DNA of 64,000 nt from Octopus bimaculoides (taxonomy: Eukaryota). The stretch is taken from positions 60,451,474 to 60,515,473 of the forward strand of contig NC_068983.1 in NCBI RefSeq assembly GCF_001194135.2, in the 5' to 3' direction. Within the stretch, counting starts at the first letter, position 1. The number at the start of each line of letters is the position of its first letter. Both the position numbers and the translations under genes were made by a program. Below, in pieces: positions 14,719-28,955 of this stretch. A model generated the notes under the pieces. The model was not told where the DNA came from, searched no databases, and saw only the letters and a list, made by a program, of their open reading frames with translations.

Positions 14719-14915
14719 AGTGGCTCACAACCTTTTTAATATCCAGGCTAGATCCAAAACCTGGAATTTTTTAGGGGTCTACACCAAAAAATGTAAAACA
14801 CAAGTGAATTAAAGAAAAAATTTATTATAATTATAGTGGGAAGACTGTCAGAGTCCATTAGAAAGATATTTGAGGGCCACATGCGGCCCTGGGGTCCACG
14901 GTTGAGAACCACCAC
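14719..14915. mobile_element. hAT-like MITE
   Basis: cagtggctcacaacc ... ggttgagaaccaccact termini; gggccacatgcggccc subterminal motif. Confidence 0.6.
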
Positions 14916-16169
14916 TAGTATAGATATTCAGATATACATTAAGAAACAAGGACTATATTTTAGGTGCATTCCTTTCTTTTCATTACATTAAAAAAAATTA
15001 TTATTCTTTGAATATTAATTGAAAAAGTAACAAATAAAAACAAAAAACATTTTCTTTACAGACTGGCATGGGGCAGTGCTGTTAAGAAATTTGCTTTGCA
15101 ACCATATGGTTCCAAGTATAGTCCTATTTCAAAAGACTTTGGGCAAGTGTCTTCTACTATAGTCTAAACAGGTCAGAGAACTGTACCATGCTCCAATGTC
15201 GACTTTGGCATGGTTTTTACAGCTGGATGTTCTTTCTAACACCAAATACTTTACAGAATATACAGCATACTTTTTTGTGGCACCAACATTAATGAGGTCA
15301 CCATGTCACTCACAAGACTAAGCTCTCCATGGATTGAATGAGACTAGAATAGCTGGGGAGGCAACTTTAAGTTAGGAAGAGCCTGGAACAGTGTCTTGTT
15401 GCAAAGGAGATACATGGCTACTTGTATTATATAAGAATAGGTGGAGGTAATCAGGGTGGAGGCTGGGTGAGCAGAGGTTGCAAGGGTGTATAGGGAGAGT
15501 GAGGGATGGTTAGAGATAGGGTAGAGGTGATTTGAGATCATAAGCACCAATATGAATCAAAAAAGAAACAGACTTAATGATGAGATGTGAATCATATATC
15601 ATCATCATCATTTAATGTCTGGTTTCTATGCTGACATGGGTTGAATGGTTTGACAGGAGCTGGCAAGTCAGAGAGCTGCACCAGGCTCCAATTCTCTATT
15701 AGGTGAGGGTTCTATGGCCAGATGCCCTTCTTAATGCCAACCACTTTACAGAGTGTACTGGGTTCTTTTTACATGACACCAGACAATGTAGCTGCTATTA
15801 AAGAAACTTATATGTATATATATTTTTTTTTCAGTCTCTTTCTTCCAGCCATTTCATCATGTTGAACTGTTAATCCCTACGTATTTTTTCCTACTTAATC
15901 CTTTCTGTCAAAGAGCATAGGCTCGAAATGTCAACAACTTTTCCATTCGTCCTGAGCATTAAACTAATACACCTGCTTGTTGTTCCTTCACCTATCTTTG
16001 TCTTTTGCTTTCTGTAAATTTGATCTAAATATATATTTGTGTGTGCATATGTCCATTTGTTTTACATCCATAATAAACCAAGTGGGAAAACTAACAAAAT
16101 AATTCTTCATAGTCTTAAAAAGTAAAAGACAGAAATCGATTTAACTACCCATTCATTTTCTGTGTCTAC

Positions 16170-16600
16170 TACTCCAGTGAAGGTTGTGAGTATAGAGTCC
16201 TCAGGCACCAGCTTTATAGGGTCCTCTTAGAGGCAACTGTCATCAGACTTTCTTGCTGGCTTCTCAAGCATGACCAAATGATGACTACAGATATCATCCA
16301 GCCAGTTCATTCTCAGTCTTCCCCGAGATCTCCAGCAAGTTAACTCAGCCTGAGGAATCAGTCTTGTGATTCTTCCCTGCAACATTCTAATCACAAGTCT
16401 CTAGTACTGGAGCTGTGACCTCTCAACACAAAAAGTAGTGGTTCACCCTGGAGAGACTTCCTGATCTCTGAGCTACACACTCAGTTGAGTAATGTTACTC
16501 CAGAGACCCCTCACATGAGCCCCATTCCAGTTGCTTGTATTTGCAATCATACTCTTTCAGTCATTACCTAACATTTATGACCAGAGGTGAGTATAGGCAT
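16170..16600 (-). mobile_element. Decayed RTE-like LINE 3' fragment
   Basis: Minus translation gives GVSGVTLLN*VCSSEIRKSLQGEPLL and a ...GWMISV W-motif. Confidence 0.55.
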
Positions 16601-17915
16601 GAAAACCAAACCGAAGATAGAAAGTATGGCTTTTTAACCAACCTCTTCTCTTCTGAGGTTGAATTAACCTGGTTCGACATATTTGGCTTCAGAGTTTACT
16701 GATATCTGATAAATTTTGGATCTTAATCTTTGTTTTTCCTGTCGACAAAGCCTCAGTTAATTCATTTTTTTCCTTTTAATAAAAATAAAACAAAATGTCT
16801 CCCAATGGCTACAAGATTTTGAATAATAGCCACAAGCCTATAAATTCAAGGTTTGCCGTAACCATCGTGTTGTCGACATCCCAGACACACCCACACACGT
16901 ACACACAGAACAACAAGGTAGGTAACTCAGCTTTTCACAGTTTAGCCGACCGAGAAAACGATTTTACTTCCAAGTGGCAAACAATCACAAAAATATTCTG
17001 CTGTAGAACAACTTGTGTGAACAAAAGCCATCGTTTCAGCCATGATGGCTTGGAAAATGATTGTGTGATATAACACAAATAGGAAAGTTTTATCTGAAAG
17101 CATGAAATTACATCCAAGCAAATACATAGAACTTAGGACCACTGAGTTTTTTTACCTGTGCCTATATATATATAATGCACTTCTGATCAGGCTGAGATTA
17201 AATCACAAGTCTTTCTTTCATGCAGTACTTTGGACGAATAGAACAAATTCTATTTTCGCAGTAGCAGCCACTATATTAATCTTAATCCCTTTTCAATAGT
17301 AGCAGCCACTTCAGGCTATGCACCACAACCTATGCAGAGAATTAATAAGACAACTCCATATGAAACACAATTACTTGAACATTACACCTAATTATAATAA
17401 TAATAATGAAATTATTGTGTATAGTGCTCAGGTGCACGACTACAACTCATCAAAGATGTACAGTACATAGAATTATGTACAAAAGTCAGGAAAGTGAACA
17501 GTGTATGAGTCATGATAATTATGTGTGCATGTGTATGGAGGTGGGGATATCAGGTGTAGTGTAGGACGCATGGAAGTTTTAAAGGATGCTATGTCTCAGC
17601 AACTAACAACTGATGCAGGTAGTTTGTTCCATGCTTCAGCAACTCTGAGTGTGAAAAAATGTTTCCAAAAGTCATGGGAGCTGTGCTGTTTTCTGATTTT
17701 GTAAGCATGCCTACATGTGTAGACACATGGAGCTCAAAAAGATGCTCAAGGTGGCTGTTACGAGTTTCTATTTAAAGACAAACACATTTTTCTTTTTAAC
17801 TACCACAATAACAGCTGGAATCAAAACCATCCCCCTAACAAAAAAAAACCTAAACTTACAAATTTCAAACCAATACCAACAAAGAAAATAAAACAAAAGA
17901 ATGTAGCCAATTTAC

Positions 17916-18038
17916 CTTCCATTTCTTTATCAAGTTTATCTTTCTGTCTTTCCATGTCGGTTTTGTGAGCTGCTAACCTGTATTTCAGTTTCGATGTCAA
18001 ACCCAGTTCACTGACAACTCGTGAAACCTTCCGTACTT
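17916..18038 (-). CDS. GMEB: GMEB-like protein, coding exon 5 (coiled coil)
   Basis: Acceptor gaattgcag, donor g|gtaaat, phase 1-1. Reads (E)VRKVSRVVSELGLTSKLKYRLAAHKTDMERQKDKLDKEME, helical and charged. Confidence 0.82.
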
Positions 18039-20490
18039 CTGCAATTCACAATTAAGTATATGGAATAACACTGGTTTCAAATTTTGGCACAAAGCCTGCA
18101 ATTTTAGGGAAGGGGATAAGTCAATTACATCGACCCAGTACACAACTGGTACTTACTTTATCGACCGCAAAAGGATGAAAGGCAAAGTCAGCTTTAGCCG
18201 AATTTGAACTCAGAACATCAAGATGGACGAAATACTGTGAAGTATTTTGACACAAGGCCAGCAATTTCAGAGCAGTGGAAAGTTGATTACATCAACCCTG
18301 GTAGCATTTGAACTCAGAATCTACAAACATGAAATGCAGCTAAGCATTTTGCCCAGCATACAAACGGTCTTGCTATGATATGGAATGATATTACAATTTT
18401 ATTATTATCCTTCAAGTCAATTTTCAGTAATAAAGCAGACTTGAAGGTTTTAATATCAGAAAAGAAATTCTTTCTCAATTTGTTTTTTTGTCCTTTTTTT
18501 GTCTCTTCTTTTTCCAGGTTTGACATCTTACATTACTGCAACCAGACGGCCTTCCTGTCATCAAGCCTTACCCGGTTTTCAAGTAAGGGTTCTTTTATTT
18601 CCCATGTCACTGAAAGCACAAAGTGAGCAATGATTTGTTGACAAGACAAATGACTACAACATCACAGTTTGTAGCTCACAACTTGCAAAGAGTACAAAAG
18701 TACTTAACATGTTTGCATGGATAAGACAGAATTTGTCAAAGCAGATTCTTCTATTACCAGATGTCCATTGTGTCATCCACACACACCTGTTTCTAAGCAA
18801 GACAATATTTCTCCATCGCCAGACATGCTTTCATGGAAGACTGGAAATGAAGGACACTGCTTGTACAACAGTGATACTCATTTACAACTATTGCATAATG
18901 TCAAGATAAGGACACACGAATACATACCTCTATCTACTAAATCCACTTTGGGACCGACTGACTGGCCTTCGTGCGGGTGACACATAAAAGCACCCACTAC
19001 ACTCTCTGAGTGGTTGGCATTAGGAAGGGCATCCAGCTGTAGAAACTCTGCCAAATTAGATTGGAGCCTGGTGTTGTCATCCGGTTTCACCAGTCCTCAG
19101 TCAAATCGTCCAACCCATGCTAGCATGGAATGCGGACGTTAAACGATGATGATGATGATGATGATGATGATAGCACCAGGCCAACCAAAGCCCTGTGAGT
19201 GGATTTGGTAAACAGAAGAGACAGAAGCTTATAATATACGAGTGTGTGTGTGTGTGTGTGTGTGCCTCCAATTTTGACATTGTTGTAAGCAAGTGTCATC
19301 ATCAAACAAGCAATGTCTTTTGTTTCCGGTCTTCCATGAAAACATGTCTGGTCATATGGAAACTTTTACCTTGCTTGGGTGGAAACAAGAAGGGATGACA
19401 ACAGGAAGGGTATCTGGCCACAGAAAATCTGCTTCAACAAATTCTGTCTGACCCATGCAAGCATGGAGTTCTGGACATTAAAATGACAACAGCAATGACA
19501 ATGATGATTATTTGTAATATTAGACTGTTGAACTACAGACCATACAATAATGAGTGGAAACATTATTACTTTAGTCTCAATTTGTTTTGCTCTTGGGCAA
19601 GACACACAATTCCTCTCTGGCAGATGGCCAAGTTTGAAAAATCAGTTTTTATTTCATTTCACACACTACCTCCTTTCAATTCCTGCTGATATAGACCTTT
19701 CTTACAAGTTTTAATGACTTTTCTTTCATTGCTCTTCAAATCTTACCTTTTATTCTTTTTTTACCAATTCTTGTTGCTATACTTAACCCTGTCACACCAA
19801 ACTCCCACTATAGTGGAAACAGATTAAATCTCAGCCAGATTCCCAGTAAAGGGGTAATGAACAACACACGTAGAAAAAAGAAGATGCCAGCTCTGCTCTG
19901 GCCCAGGATGATAGTACCTGTTAAGGGCCCCAATTATGGATCAAATAACAGGAGATGGTCCTGAAGCTAAGATATTCATGACTCAATAGAAGGTCTAGCC
20001 CCTAGATATGTGTGACATAGGTCCATTAGTAAGTGAACATAACCTGTCATCATGTGAACCAGTGCCCCCTACATAAGGGTTAAATAGGCTCTGTACTTCA
20101 AGGATAAGCTTGTAAGAGCAGGAGACTAGCAGAAAGCAATGAGAAACCACTGCTGTATCTTTTGCATGAAAAATCATGTATATTCAAACTTTGGCATCGA
20201 GGTCTGTGAGTGTGACACCTGTAAAGTAATCATGGCACATGAAGGGAGAGAGATTCTTAAAGTACAGAACTCTACCTGTTTCGGTGTACAGATGTACTTA
20301 CATGGCTGACACCTGCAGTGGGTGATGAGCCAATGAGGGAGCATCTACTCAACCTGCTACAAACACCAGTTAAATCTCATTGAAATTACACACTATCACC
20401 CAAAAAAGGGAGAGACACACTGAATAATGTAGTCCTAAATATACAATGTTCAATAAAAGACAGGACAGTCATGGCTGGAATAGCTTAGAG

Positions 20491-20678
20491 CAGTGTTTCT
20501 CAACTGGGGTTCCCCAGATCCCTAGAGTTCCACAAAAGGTTCCTATGGGTTCCGCAAGAAAAAGTGAGATAAGCCAATGCTAATTTCATGATCAGAATAT
20601 TACTATACATGCACAACATATTATTGGTTATTGTAATATAGACATCATCCTATAATATTATCAAAAAATATAACAACC

Positions 20679-20747
<69 letters not shown>

Positions 20748-21090
20748 CTTCATGCGGGTGGCATGTAAAAGCACCCACTACACTCTCAGAGTGGTTGGCG
20801 TTAGGAAGGGCATCCAGCTGTAGAAACTCTGCCAAATCAGATTGGAGCCTGGTGTAGCCATCTGGTTTCACCAGTCCTCAGTCAAATCGTCCAAACCATT
20901 CTAGCATGGAAAGTGGACGTTAAATGACGATGATGATATATATATATACACATGAATGGTATTTACCACATGAACTACAATGAAAAAATATGAGAAAAAT
21001 ATGGCATATAATTTTTTTTGTGCAGGGTTTCCTTGAGACATGTAATTTATTTTAAGGGTTATGCAAGGGTAAAGATGTTGAGAAACACTG
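20491..21090. mobile_element. hAT (Charlie-like) MITE with a nested family A copy and (AT)n
   Basis: TIRs cagtgtttctcaac and gttgagaaacactg; 8-bp TSD gcttagag / gtttagag. Confidence 0.85.
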
Positions 21091-21156
21091 GTTTAGAGCC
21101 TAGGTATGCTCATTGAGGACTGATCTGGAATTAATTTATAACAAGGTTAGACTTAC

Positions 21157-21279
21157 CTTCAAGTGGACATTGGTTTCGAATGAGATTATATTTTAGATTG
21201 TCCAAGGTGGTCTTGATTTCCCGAAATATTTCATCAGCAAGACCGAGCTCAATGATTCCTTTCCAAAAAAGTTGACTTT
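21157..21279 (-). CDS. GMEB: GMEB-like protein, coding exon 4 (FWKGI motif)
   Basis: Acceptor ctcttgtag, donor g|gtaagt, phase 1-1. Reads (E)SQLFWKGIIELGLADEIFREIKTTLDNLKYNLIRNQCPLE; FWKGI matches the GMEB dimerisation region. Confidence 0.85.
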
Positions 21280-21523
21280 CTACAAGAGACAAAAAACAAG
21301 AACATCATTTTATCAAGGAGTAACATTAAACAATTATATACTCAATGGAAAATCTGATTCCTAAGATATATTTAAAAAAAAAAAAATGAAAACATAATAG
21401 AATTTAGAATGTAAAAATAAAATTTAGAATAGAATATTAGAATCAACTGTAAGCCATACCATTTTAGAGAATTCAAAAAATTCTTCTGGACTATTTCACT
21501 TGTTCATTTTTAATGGCTTAGCA

Positions 21524-21753
21524 CAGTGGTTCTCATATGGCCCTTGGGGGTCTATATAAGAGTTTATTTAAAATTAAATGGTTATAATTCTATAATACAC
21601 AAAATATTTTAATTTTTTTATACAATCCCTAGTAATAATTACAAAAATACAGTAGGGTTTCTTTTTTATATCCAGTGAATGGCTATTGAGGTCCAGTAGA
21701 ATAAAATAAGAATCAAAGGGATCCATAGGTCAAAAAATGGTTGAGGACCACTG
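21524..21753. mobile_element. hAT-like MITE
   Basis: TIRs cagtggttctca and tgaggaccactg; degenerate TSD gcttagca / atttagcc. Confidence 0.65.
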
Positions 21754-24311
21754 ATTTAGCCAGAGAAGAGTAGTACCCATGATCCTTTGCAAGACTCATA
21801 GGAGAAAGAAAGGAAGTTGTTGTCATTTGAGAGATGTGGCCTGAGCGCTGGTATAGAATGGACTCTAAGAAAGGCACCCAAAAGCCAAATGGTGGTAGTG
21901 CTAAACCAGAAGCTAAAGTCTGCCACCCAAGAACGAGGTTAGTCCTTCCAAAGGACATCATACAGTTTACTTAAATTTCAGTCACAAGGATTTGGTTGAC
22001 GTAACTGGCATTGCATCAGTTACAACAAGGGGTGTTTCAGTTGATAGAATCAATGGAACAGCCTACTGGGGAAATTAATGTGCAAGTGGCTGAGCACTCC
22101 ACAGACATGTGTATCCTCAATGTAGTTCTCAGGGAGATTCAGTGTGTCACAGACTGTGATGACTGACCCTTTTGAATCACAGGTACAACTCATTTTCGTC
22201 AGCTGAGTGGATTGGAGCAATGTGAAATAAAGTGTCTTGCCTAAGGATACAATGTGGTACTGGGTATTGAACTCATGACCTTACGACTGTCAGCCGAAAA
22301 CTTTGAAGTCACGCACTTTCACTTCATTGACCTGAGGCTCTGGTGGACGACAATTAAATTAAGGTGTTGTGCACTGGAATTGAACCTGAGTTCACACACT
22401 TGCATAGCACACTTCCTAACCACACAGACCTGCCAGGTGATTACAAAAAGAAAAGAAAAAAAGAGATTGAATGAAATGAAATTATTTTGAGTGTATTTTA
22501 GGCGAAGAGTAAGGAATAAAGACATCTGAGGGCTTTAGATGAAGTTCACTGAGGCAGATTCTAAGGCTGGGTGCACTTCTTGTTGCCAACCCTTACCTGT
22601 TTCCAAGCAATATAATATTTCCCCATTGGTTAGTCCATTATTACTCTGTAAGGAGCATAGGACTGGTTTCCCAGTTTCTCTGGCATATATATTCCTCCTG
22701 GTATGGAATGTTGGTCCACCACAGGATTACTCATTCCTGCCAGTTGATTGGAGCAACGTAAAATGAAATATTTTGGTCTAGAACACAATGCATTGTCTGG
22801 TCCAGGAATCGAAACCACAATCTTACAATCATGAACCCCACACCCTAACCACGAAGCCATGCACCTCCCCATAGCCAGATACTTTTCATGGAAAAACTGT
22901 ACATAAATGATGCTCATTTACAACAGCACATAATGTCAAAACAATGACACAGACAGAGACACGTCACAAAATAAACCTTAGAGCGATGATGACAATGATG
23001 GTGATGTTATATTAGTTTGTTTCATCAATCCTCCCACACTTTGTAGATTATGTTTGTTGTATATTTGTTGTTTGCTTTGTTGCACAAAATGAAGCAGAGA
23101 AATAGGGAGAGAGAAAACTGAGATTTGCAACAGCTTTGCTGAGTAGAAGGTAACCTCACTAGTGCTGGTGCCATCATAAACTGTACCCCATTCACTCTGC
23201 AAAGAGGTCGGTAAACAAGCAGGGGTATCCTAAGATTGAAAGGACCCTTTATTCTTATTGAGGACATAACAACCTGTCTAGAGCTGGCACCATGATAAAA
23301 TGCACCCAGTACATTCTGTAAAGTGATTGAAGTACATCCAACCATAGACACCTTGCCAGTACAAAATACAAGAACAGGGTGTTTTCCTGCAACTATGTCA
23401 AAAAGGATAGTAATTCTGCAGACTGTGGCCAACCCCTCTAACTCCTGACAGCATCGAAAGCAAACGATGATGGTGCATAGATGACAGATGTGATTTGCCG
23501 AGCAACAATCTATTTTGGGACAGCAACCAGTTTTGTCACGCAGTTTATCCACTGATGACACCGGGGCAGTTTTGTTCTGTCTGCCCATCCGTACTGTAGT
23601 ACAAAAGGTAAAAAAGACGTGATGATATAGCACACTTGTTAGGAAAATAAATAAGATGTTTTTTTTTTCATGCTAAGAGTTGCTGAAGTATGGAACAAAC
23701 TACTGGCATCAGTTGTTAGTTGTCGGAGCACTGCATTCTTCAAAACTTCCATGCTTCCTGAGATTCGCCAACACTACACCTGATTTTCTCCCCTCTATAC
23801 ACACGCAAGCATGTATCTGACTCATACACTGTTCACTTTCCAGACATTTGTACATTACTGCATATGCTTTATATGCACTTTTGACAAACTGTAGTGCACC
23901 TGAGCACTGTATACAATAATTTCATTATTATTATGATGACAAAGATGACATTCTAATTTGTCTCATATCTACTCAGTTTGTTCGTTTAGCTTTCATTAGT
24001 ATTTTCCCTCAATACAAAAAAACCACTAAGATATCTTTAGCTTAGTCAATACCAGTAATACAGACTAACATAAAAAAGCAAACCTCCAGGTGTGTTCAAA
24101 TGCCATTGCTTTTGTTGTTACGAATGATGATGATGATGGTGATGAATAACAATCTCTGAATAATAGAGATGCTAAGGAGTTTATTTATCAGTGTAAGAAT
24201 GTGTCTTGATAAGTATTTCATGAAACAAGAACAGTTGTTAGTGAATGAAATACAATGGCTATGTGGTTAAGCTACTAGAGCGATGATCACAGTCGTGAGC
24301 TCAAACCTTAC

Positions 24312-24380
24312 CAGAGCCACTGGGCTGTGCTCCAACATAAACCATCTCAACAGTATTATCACGAGGAAATGTCTGTAAAA
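24312..24380 (-). CDS. GMEB: GMEB-like protein, coding exon 3 (69 nt)
   Basis: Acceptor ctttttgcag, donor g|gtaagg, symmetric phase 1-1. Reads (V)LQTFPRDNTVEMVYVGAQPSGS. No homology evidence, only splice sites and frame. Confidence 0.65.
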
Positions 24381-25335
24381 CTGCAAAAAGAAAGAAACAA
24401 AAGCAAAAAAAAGACTCATTTTGATGTATTAAAATAAAAAGAGTTTTCGAGATAAGCACAGCACTGAAGTAGAGAATATTTAATATGGCACTTGACATGA
24501 AATGTCAAGTGTCTGCAACTGAAGTGTTCAAAATACATTCTACAGTAAACCTTTTTCAAAAGGTTAAACCAAACAAACTACAGAACCAAATATCTTCCAT
24601 TAAATGTTGTATTCAAGCAACAACTGAAGGCCCCAAAGTTTGAGGCTTCAAGGGGCTGCAAAGAATTTTTTTTAATTGCTTTAATTAAGGAAGTGAAATA
24701 TGTTAAACAAGGAGAAGTAAAGTAAATAATCTTCATGGAAACTAGAAAGGAGTGGTTGTGTGAATAAGAAGCTTGCTTCCCAACTACATGGTTCTAGGTT
24801 CAGTTCCACTCTTGGGCACCTTGGGCAAGTGTCTTCTACTATAACCCAGGGTTGACAAAAGTGCCTTGTGAGTGGATTTGACAGAGACAGGCACAGAAAG
24901 AAGCTCATCATGTGTGTGTGTGTAGTTGGTTCAACAGGATTTGGCAAGCCACAGGGCTGCACTGCACTTCAATTTCAGCTTTGGTAAAGCTTCTTCGGCC
25001 AAATGCCCTTCCTAATGCCAATCACTTTACAGTGTGTACTGGTGTACTGAGTGTTGTTTTGTGCTTCCAACACTACTTAGCTGTTAATTCAATGAACAGT
25101 CAAGGAGACACATCTATTGAGTGACACACATTCAAAGTGAAGGAGAAGCGATTCCATGGATCAAAAAATTGAATCATTATTGTCAAAATCAACAAACATC
25201 CAGTTAAAAGTGCCACAAGCATTTGACAATTAGGACAGTCTTTCAACAGAAAGCTAAAACAATTCACTTTTGGAAAAATTGTCAGAAAATAAATAAAATC
25301 CAGCAGGAAACCATTCTTGTGATAATATCTTTTAA

Positions 25336-25555
25336 GGCGGCGAGCTGGCAGAAACGTTAGTACACCGGGCGAAATGCTTAGCGGTATTTCATCTGTCTTT
25401 ATGTTCTGAATTCAAATTCCACCGAGGTCGACTTTGCCTTTCATCCTTTCGGGGTCGATAAATTAAGTACCAGTTGTGTACTGGGATCAATCTTATTGAC
25501 TGGCCCCTTCCCCAAAAAAATTTCGGGCCTTGTGCCTAGAGTAGGAAAGAATATC
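25336..25555 (+). mobile_element. SINE family B copy. Other copies: 2212-2440-, 8270-8530+, 18075-18240-, 33295-33506-, 34730-34945+, 37520-37725+, 52660-52795+
   Basis: Shared ggcggcgagctggcagaaacgttagc...gttcaaattcc.ccgaggtcgactttgcctttcatcctttcggggtcgataaattaagtacc... with a tRNA-like box-B (gttcaaattcc). Confidence 0.8.
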
Positions 25556-27452
25556 TTTTATCTTTTGTTTCAGTTATTAGACTGTGGCCATGCTGAAGCA
25601 CCTCTTTGAAGAAATTTTAGGACTGGGGTCGATTTGTTTGACCCCAATACTTTTCATCTTAAGCCAGGTACTTATTCAATCAGTTCTTTTGCTGAACTGC
25701 TAAGTTACGGAGACAAACAAATCAGCACGAGTTGTCAAGTGGTAGTGGGTGACAAACACACACACACACACACATATATATATGTATATATATACAACAG
25801 GCTTCCTTCAGTTTCCGTCTATTAAATCAGTCCAACCAGAGCAAGGTTTTAGTCAGGATGAAGCTATAGTAGATGACATCTGTCCAAAGTGCCACACAGT
25901 GGGAGTGAACCTGGAACCATGTGGTTGGGAAGCAAACTTCTTACCCCACAGCCACGCCTAGTGTAATATTGTAATTAAAACACACATTATTTGATTGGCT
26001 CTACACAGTTTCCACCCACCAAAGTAGACTCACAAGGGACTGACCCAAGGTTTCCTGTAGAAAGTACTTGTCCAACATACTAACTGATGAGACTAAACCC
26101 AGAACTTGGTGATTGTGGATGAAACTTCTTAAGCACAGGGTTGTGACTGCATCACATTCAAATTTGGAAAATAAATGAATTAAAAAAACACTTTGTCCTG
26201 GATAGTGTAGAAAAGCAATTGAAATGCTGTAAAAAGAGTTTTATAAAACTTCAAAACAAAAATAAAAGAAAGGTCGTAGCTTATGTGAGATGCAGAATTG
26301 ACAGAGTTAATCCAAAAAAACACTTGTAAATTAACCAAAAGATTCAGTTGAAGACATATCAGAAACAGAGCAAAGAGGCCCTTCATAGACACAGTCTTTG
26401 GTAAAGTGAAGGGCATCCTGAGTATAATGGATCTTCAAGGAGAGATGACAAAGGATTGAGAACTGGTGAGAGTTGCTGTATTTCTAACCCCATGCAGCAC
26501 ATTCATTTAAAACTAATACCAATTGAATGTTGATTGAATAACAATGTTAATCACTTTCCCATTCAATTTTTTACTTAAATAATTGACTTTTCCTTTTAGT
26601 TTTCCATAACAGCTAAGAGATTATACATAAGGAATATCCATGGCTGTGTAGTTAAGAATACAGAGTATTTGCGAGTGGAGATAGCTTTCGTCACTAGCTG
26701 GTGATTGTCTCACACTGAGGACAGATAACATCCAGAAATTTAGGTCTGTGAGTATCATGTAAGGCTAGAAATGGGAACGATGACCTCCCTTGCAAATGCT
26801 ATATACAGACACAGACTGTGTGTCCTTAGCCAGCTGGAAAAGATGTTTTACTGAGGTTAAAACAACAGTAACATCGTCCTTTACAGGACTGCCACGTTAT
26901 GTTTAGTTATAATAAAAATAATTTTATATTAATCTGATGGGTTACTCTATGCTTTTAGAGAGTACAAAATTATTTTTAAACAAGAACATTGTTGATAGTG
27001 ACTTGAAAAAAAAATTCCATTACAAAAAATTGATATACTCAGTTATTAAGGTTTAAACATCGGACATTGTACCTTTGACCTTTACATTGTCAAAGTAAAT
27101 GATTAAATCCAATGAAACCGAAAGTAACTAAACTACTGACCCATCCTGTGCCTACCTAACAAAGGGACATATCTAAACATACACACTGGTTTACAAAGTT
27201 CTACATACATTCTGAATAATAACGTAACCCCAATATTTAATCAATAAAAAATTCCCCAAAACACCTCTCCATAACAATCCACCCTAAGACCCAATTACCA
27301 TCCCACTCACACACACAAGGAATATTTTAGCCCAACAGAGATTATATAAAGCCAAGATTAACTTCAATGCATCACAGTCCAACAATGGCTTGACTGACGG
27401 AAACTTTGAAGTAACTGTCCACAATGTTCATGTTCAAGTATATATGTAAGTA

Positions 27453-28282
27453 TTGGGTCATCCCATAAATAATGTGGTTTTTTTATATTTATTTTATTTT
27501 TCAAAATTAAGATAAATTTCTTTTTTAATCTAAAATATACTCTCCTTCATTTTCTACAACGCTTTTCCACCTCTTCCAAAATTCACTTGTCCATGATGAA
27601 AAATACTCCTCCAGTATTGTTCTAACCTTGTCTACAGAATTCATATTTTTTCATCCAAATGATTTTGAAGCCTGCAGAATAAATGATAATCAAATGGGAC
27701 AATGTCCAGCCAATATGGTGGGTGGGGCATCGTTTCCCATTCAAACTACTCCAGCCTGTATGTGGTCGAGCATTATCCCAATGGAAGAACACCTTTTGTC
27801 TTGAAACTAAAAATGGATGGTTGAATGACCAAACCCAAGCTTCTCTGCTAGTTCCTCAACAGTTACAATGAGATTTTGCTCCATCAAGGTTTGTAGGATG
27901 TCCTCATCAAGCTCTACAGATCTTCCAGGACTAAGCTCATCTTCTAGGCTGGAGTTTCTGGCTCAGAATTTCTGGAACCACTGTTGATTCTGTCTTACGC
28001 TTATTGTCTGATCCCCATATGCTGCATTAATATTACTCGCACTTTCTGTTGCCTTTATTGAACTCATAAAGTAAAATATCCTCCTTTGTCACTTCCATTA
28101 TAGCTTTGAAAAAGTAACTGTTAAAATCAAACTGCACTCTTCAAAATTTGCACTAAGAATATAGACAAGGTAAAATTACTACCTGCTTTTATAGCAAGTT
28201 GATGCAGGTAGTTTATCCTGTCCTTCTCCGACTTTTAGTTCATCCAATTGAAAAAAACTGCGTTATTTATGGGATGACCCAA
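27453..28282 (-). mobile_element. Internally deleted mariner element with TIRs and TA TSD
   Basis: TIRs (ta)ttgggtcatcccataaataa and ttatttatgggatgacccaa(ta). The minus strand retains DNARPHT, a PFDYHL (YSPDLAPSD-like) motif and KRWKSVVENEGEYILD*. Confidence 0.88.
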
Positions 28283-28955
28283 TATATATGTGTGTGTGTG
28301 TGTGTGTGTGAGTGTGTGTATCTTTGTGTTTGTCCCTTAGTACTCTTTAAAAGCCAGTGTTGGTTTGTTAACGTCCCTGTAAGTGGTTTGTCATGTGTCA
28401 ATGATAGAATAAGTACTAGAATTAAAGTACTGGAGTTAATTAGTTCAACTAAAAATACCCTTTAAAGTAGTAACCCAACATGGCCACAGTCCAATGACTG
28501 AAACAAGTAAAAGATAAAAGATGTGAATTTCTTAATGAAGCAGAGCTTAAACAAAACAAAACTAACAAAAAGAGAAAATAGTTCGGTTCTGTGGTAGATT
28601 GCCTAACAAAAGCAACCAGAAGTGATCATCATCATCATCATTTAAAGTCATTTTTCTATGCTGGCATGGGATGGGCAGTTTGATAGGAGTTGGTAAGGCT
28701 GGAATTGCACCAGGCTCCATTGTCTGTTCTTGCATGGTTTCTACAGCTGGATGCCCTTCCTAATGCCAACCACTCTACAGAGTGCACTGGGTGCTTTTTA
28801 CGTGGCACCAGCAGGGTCACCAAGCCATTTGCAAGGCAAAACTCCTTGGCTTGGAGGAAACGGGAAATAGTATTGAGGCAGGAGTGGCTTTGTGCCAGTT
28901 GAGCATTTAAAGATAAAGAGGGACAAGGATAGTTAATAAATGACAAATTACATAC

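Noticed and set aside
15344-15550. Purine-rich segment with a 68-aa minus-strand ORF
   Set aside because: No identifiable motif; could not be assigned as an exon or to a TE family.
23025-23633. Longest non-gap ORF (202 aa, minus strand, within a GMEB-like intron)
   Set aside because: No recognisable domain; it overlaps a decayed family A repeat, and no convincing splice sites fit the phase-1 exon chain.
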